Assembly (NCBI GenBank): GCA_048938895.1 | Contig: JBHLLU010000002.1 | Coordinates: forward strand, 64,001 to 128,000 | DNA from: Promethearchaeota archaeon | Lineage (GTDB): Archaea; Asgardarchaeota; Lokiarchaeia; Sigyniarchaeales; SOKP01 | DNA length: 64,000 nt | Direction of reading: 5' to 3' | Part shown: positions 59,825-64,000 of the stretch, one piece after another | Numbering within the stretch: the stretch's first letter is position 1 | How the letters are laid out: each line of letters opens with the position of its first letter | Translations under genes and position numbers: made by a program | The notes under the pieces: model-generated | The model's database searches: none | The model's input: only the letters and a program-made list of their open reading frames with translations | Told to the model about the DNA's origin: nothing

Positions 59825-62800
59825 ATTAAAAATTATAAATCTTTAGTCATTTATTTCTTTCTATGTACCATTGCAATATTGAATCCAATATCGTTAATAT
59901 TATCTCTTCCTAGTCAGACATTTACTATATCCTCCACTCCCGATCTTGCTCAACCAAAACATTTAATAATTGGAGCTATGGGTATACCTGATGAGTGGGA
60001 TCCCGCTGTTTCAGAGGGGTACAATATCTTGAGTGAATATTATTCAGTAAATTGCTTAGAGTCAGTGCTCTGGGTACCTGATAAATCTTTAGATCTTAAA
60101 CCAAATCTCGCAACCACTTGGGATGTCGAGTATTGGCCTGAAGAACTAAACACGATGGGATTTATTAATACAGGTGGAATAAAATCAATTACATTTACAC
60201 TACGAGAGAATGTCCAATTCCATGATGGCTCCGATTGGAACGCGACAGTATTTAAGTGGAACATCGATCGAATAAACATCATTAGTGGTAATTATACAGG
60301 ATTATGTCAAAATACAGAAGATAATAATGCTGAAGGAAATAACATGCATACTATTCTTGTGGAGGATTTTAAGCCATATTTCACTCCATCATGGAATATG
60401 TCTCAATATGACTCTCCAAATCTTGGAACTACTCCTCCTGCAACGGATCCGGGAGTTAATGATTATGCCTATTATAACTTAGGACCCAATGCCTCTTTAG
60501 TTGATTATGGTGATGCTGTCAATCCCCTCATCTTACCAAATAATACTTTTCGTAATCCAAATCCTTATGGTGGTTGGGATTATGCTGCGGGGGCAGCTAT
60601 TCATTACGCGCCATATGATAGATATTCTATTATAAATTATGTAGAAATTCTTGAAAATCCACAATCTGGAGGGAAGGTTAAGGTTCATTTCAACCATTGG
60701 ACTACAAGCGGATTAGCAGGCGGTACAGGTTATCCAATGATTTCTTATAATGCTTATAGACAGGATTATACCACGAGAGGAATCTACGGGTATGAAAATG
60801 GTGTTGATGATCCTCGAAATGCAGGACCTCTCACTCACATGATTGGGACAGGTCCTTATATATATGGGGAATATGATGAAACAGGATCACAGGGCTATAT
60901 CATGAAAAACCAAAATTACTGGAACAGAACTGCTCTAGAAATCAACGATTGGTTTGATGCGGATATTGTTGATATAATTGTATTTCCAACGGGTCAATTG
61001 GGTACTGATGCTATGAATATAGCATTACTTACTCATGCTCTTGATTATGTAGTAGAAACTTCAATGTCAAATTTAGATTATGATGCAGTAACTGCAAATC
61101 CTAACATTAATTACCTAGAAAGAGGGGTCAGTGACTATATTTCAACTATAACTATGAATTGTATTAATGAAACCTGGTGGGCTTGGCCGTGGGCTGATAT
61201 GTGGCGTCGAGGTTGTTATACTGGTGCAGGCGATAAACCTTCTGGTGGTATTCCACGCGCAATGCGAGAAGCTATGAGTTATGCCTTTAATTACGACTTG
61301 TATATCAATACTGCTATGGATGGAAGGGTGGTAAGGTCAGGACTTCTAGGGATTGATAACATATATTATAACTCCTCTATACCTTTAGCTGATTATAATG
61401 TTACTAAAGCACGTGAAATTTTACTTACTACTGAGACTGATCCAATTCTCTTTAACATTTCAACACCGGTCCCGCATGAACCAACCTATATTTATAAAGC
61501 CGGTTACCCATTTGGAGATCATAATGCAATATCACTCAACCCAGATAACTACAACTTCAGTAAAATGTGTGCTGTTCGAGGTTTAACTGTAAGTAGCTCT
61601 GATCTAGATTGGCAAGCTGTTGCTGATGTAAACCCAATATATACCTTTAATTTTTATTGGGATTCTATTCATGAAGACGTAAAGAGTGTATTACTAGTCT
61701 CTCTTAAAAATATTGGGTGTACACTAAAAGATACAACTGGAGTAACTAATAGAGTACCAACTATCATTTGGGATACCGTTCGTATTGGACATTTGACCAC
61801 ATTCGATGGAACTTATGGTATCTTTTCAAGTAATGGGTGGGTAATGGATGAATTTATGCCTCCCAATAGTCCAGAGTCAAATCTCTATTGGGCTACTGGA
61901 GATCCTGATAGTGGTAGATGGAGAACCCAGGGTGCTTCGGGGATTACAAGCTGGCATTATTGGGGAAATTTCGGATTCAATTTTGACGCCGATGTTGATT
62001 ACTGGTTAGAACGTATTACGTTGTCGGACCAAACAACAAAGATGAATTATATTAGTAAGATAGTTGAAAAAGAACAAACAGAGATATTTCCAAAGATTTA
62101 CATTTCTCAAGGAATAAAAGGACTGGCACTTTGGAATGATTGGGAAATGAATCTGATCAGAGGAGATCATTTCTTTGCCAGTTTTCGCTATGTACCACCC
62201 TCACCGCCGGGAGAAGTTGAATTAACTTCAGATGCTGGGACTCCCGATATTGATGGTAATTTTAATTTAGTTTGGAATGTTTCTATAGGAGCTGATAATT
62301 ATACTATTTACAGATATAACCATGAAATAACAGAGATCAACGGTAGTTTAATTCCAATTGCTTATCAAACAGCAACCTCACCACACCCTATTTTTGGGTT
62401 AACTGATGGGGAGTATTACTTTATCGTTGTTGCCCATAATGAAAACGGAGACACATTATCAAATAATTTTCACATATCTGTTCAATTATCGCAAGATCCT
62501 CCGCAGTCATTTATCTTATCTTCTGATGCTGATTTTCCCGATAATGATGGCTTTTTTAATTTGAGTTGGACATATCCAGATGGAGCAGATAATTATTCGT
62601 TATATATGGATGATCAACAAATCACAGTAATAGACAATGGTGTTACATTATTGCTCGATCAAATTGCTACATCTCCATTTCCCGTTACTGGATTAACAAA
62701 TGGTGAATATTATTTTGTAGTGGTGGCTCATAATAAATATGGTGATACAATGTCAAATAATGTGCATATTACCGTTAATATACCTGGAGGGGCAGAAGAT

Positions 62801-62893
62801 ATTCTTGGTTATAATACAATACTAATATCTTGTATCGCTATATTTACTGCGATATTTCTGTATAAAAAAAGGAGATTTAAGTTAGACTCCTAA
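59825..62893 (+). CDS. Large family-5 solute-binding protein with two FN3-like repeats and a C-terminal anchor
   Basis: FTLRENVQFHDG, IGTGPY, MREAMSYAFNY; two SDA..PD.DG.FNL.W...GL..GEYYF.VVAHN repeats; ILGYN-TM-KKRR. Start extended to ATT 59825 (signal peptide, GGTGA RBS). Confidence 0.85.
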   Translation: MKNYKSLVIYFFLCTIAILNPISLILSLPSQTFTISSTPDLAQPKHLIIGAMGIPDEWDPAVSEGYNILSEYYSVNCLESVLWVPDKSLDLKPNLATTWDVEYWPEELNTMGFINTGGIKSITFTLRENVQFHDGSDWNATVFKWNIDRINIISGNYTGLCQNTEDNNAEGNNMHTILVEDFKPYFTPSWNMSQYDSPNLGTTPPATDPGVNDYAYYNLGPNASLVDYGDAVNPLILPNNTFRNPNPYGGWDYAAGAAIHYAPYDRYSIINYVEILENPQSGGKVKVHFNHWTTSGLAGGTGYPMISYNAYRQDYTTRGIYGYENGVDDPRNAGPLTHMIGTGPYIYGEYDETGSQGYIMKNQNYWNRTALEINDWFDADIVDIIVFPTGQLGTDAMNIALLTHALDYVVETSMSNLDYDAVTANPNINYLERGVSDYISTITMNCINETWWAWPWADMWRRGCYTGAGDKPSGGIPRAMREAMSYAFNYDLYINTAMDGRVVRSGLLGIDNIYYNSSIPLADYNVTKAREILLTTETDPILFNISTPVPHEPTYIYKAGYPFGDHNAISLNPDNYNFSKMCAVRGLTVSSSDLDWQAVADVNPIYTFNFYWDSIHEDVKSVLLVSLKNIGCTLKDTTGVTNRVPTIIWDTVRIGHLTTFDGTYGIFSSNGWVMDEFMPPNSPESNLYWATGDPDSGRWRTQGASGITSWHYWGNFGFNFDADVDYWLERITLSDQTTKMNYISKIVEKEQTEIFPKIYISQGIKGLALWNDWEMNLIRGDHFFASFRYVPPSPPGEVELTSDAGTPDIDGNFNLVWNVSIGADNYTIYRYNHEITEINGSLIPIAYQTATSPHPIFGLTDGEYYFIVVAHNENGDTLSNNFHISVQLSQDPPQSFILSSDADFPDNDGFFNLSWTYPDGADNYSLYMDDQQITVIDNGVTLLLDQIATSPFPVTGLTNGEYYFVVVAHNKYGDTMSNNVHITVNIPGGAEDILGYNTILISCIAIFTAIFLYKKRRFKLDS
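62200..62780 (+). repeat. Tandem intragenic duplication of an about 98-aa FN3-like domain (approximate bounds)
   Basis: PPGEVELTSDAGTPDIDGNFNLVW... vs PPQSFILSSDADFPDNDGFFNLSW..., both ending GDT.SNN.HI.V. Confidence 0.8.
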
Positions 62894-62905
62894 TTACCAA
62901 AATTC

Positions 62906-62914
62906 TTTTTTTTT
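62906..62914 (+). terminator. Probable oligo-T terminator
   Basis: T9 12 nt after the stop codon. Confidence 0.4.
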
Positions 62915-63034
62915 CTATAGTTTTGCTATACGATATAATAGTAAATAAAAAATTTTTTTAAAATATATATTTCAATAACTAATTTAGGCAAGTACTCATA
63001 ATGAAAATTAAAGGTTAAAATTTGGTCTGAAATT

Positions 63035-63847
63035 TTGTTTAAGAGAAAGATTAATATTACCAGAATTAAGAAACAAGAAAAAGAGAATCTTCAAGATATT
63101 GTTCTCATTGAGCAGTCTGTTGATATCTTTCTCAATTCCGAACCATTTGTTAATATTATATGTTTACCAAAAGATTTATATGAATTAGCTTATGGTTTTT
63201 TATTTTCAATAGGGATAATAAATTCTATTGATGATGTTAAAAAAATTAATGTATCAGAATTAGAAAATAAGATATTAGTTGAATTACAAGATAAAATTAA
63301 CTTAAAAATTGAGGACATAAAATTAGATAACGTAAGTAGAGTCATTGATACATCTTGTGGAATATCATCACCTTGGAGAAAATTAATAAAAAGAAAAATA
63401 GATGAAGCCAAAGTAAAGAATAAACTCTGGGATAACCAATTAAAAATTAAATCTGATATTATTCATTCTGCTATCAAAAAAATGCATGCTGAAACTTCAC
63501 TTTATCGAGAGACTGGAGGATGCCATGGTGCAGCAATTTGCGATCTTAATGGAAATTTATTAAGCGTGAAAGAAGATATAGGTCGACATAATGCAATTGA
63601 CAAGGTTATCGGTCAAATGTTATTAAAAAAGCAAAGTTTTGAAAATGTAATTTTAATTACGACTGGAAGATTAACAGGTGATTCTGTATTGAAGGCAATA
63701 AGACCAAACATTCCCATCATCGCCTCTATTTCTGCACCCGTAGATACTGGAATAAAGTTGGCATTAGCTTATGGGATAACCTTAATCGGATTTGTACGGG
63801 GTAGGAGAATGAATATCTATACTCACCCCGAAAGAATTGAAATATAA
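63035..63847 (+). CDS. fdhD: Formate dehydrogenase accessory sulfurtransferase FdhD
   Basis: TSCG, ETGGCHGAA, EDIGRHNAIDKVIG, TGRL, LIGFVRG.RMNIY. Confidence 0.92.
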   Translation: MFKRKINITRIKKQEKENLQDIVLIEQSVDIFLNSEPFVNIICLPKDLYELAYGFLFSIGIINSIDDVKKINVSELENKILVELQDKINLKIEDIKLDNVSRVIDTSCGISSPWRKLIKRKIDEAKVKNKLWDNQLKIKSDIIHSAIKKMHAETSLYRETGGCHGAAICDLNGNLLSVKEDIGRHNAIDKVIGQMLLKKQSFENVILITTGRLTGDSVLKAIRPNIPIIASISAPVDTGIKLALAYGITLIGFVRGRRMNIYTHPERIEI

Positions 63848-64000
63848 ATTCTCTCGTTTTCTTACTTTTTTCTAATTATATTTATCATCAAGCTTGATCT
63901 ATTTGATTTAACAAATTTTTTAACTAATTCTTAATAGATCTAAGTAATAATCAGAATCATAATCAAATTATAAAAATAAACATAAAAAGTTGAACTATTA

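Noticed and set aside
1-64000. CRISPR arrays, tRNA/rRNA genes, transposases, integrases
   Set aside because: None recognised by eye: no regular repeat-spacer pattern and no long GC-rich structured RNA stretch. Further in-frame BHB introns cannot be excluded without a computational scan.

Overview
AT-rich (roughly 30% GC by eye) archaeal DNA, very probably an Asgard archaeon (Lokiarchaeia/Promethearchaeota). The basis is an Arf-like GTPase with a longin-like tail, Loki-type C-terminal anchors, orphan family-5 solute-binding proteins, H4MPT/Hdr/Fwd genes and GGTGA/GGAGG RBSs. In order, the window holds hdrCBA; redox/housekeeping genes; a DapA-family aldolase fused to formaldehyde-activating enzyme; tandem SBPs; a signalling island (DENN/longin-like protein, four 7-TM proteins, Arf GTPase, three PAS histidine kinases, an RHH-HisKA-receiver protein, and a recurring TTGYRCAA intergenic motif); a GH94 phosphorylase/ABC importer locus; acd-korBA; a vWA-RING/PHD protein; and an fwdG/F/D/B/C operon plus fdhD. 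The top finding is that fwdB is interrupted inside its Fe-S motif by a 29-nt insertion (56818..56846). The insertion folds with the flanking exons into a canonical bulge-helix-bulge motif, and cutting at the standard endonuclease positions exactly restores VVCPFCGTLCDD. This looks like a tRNA-type, EndA-spliced intron in a metabolic mRNA. Candidate ATA/ATT start codons are also visible. All product calls come from recognising motifs by eye; no searches were run.
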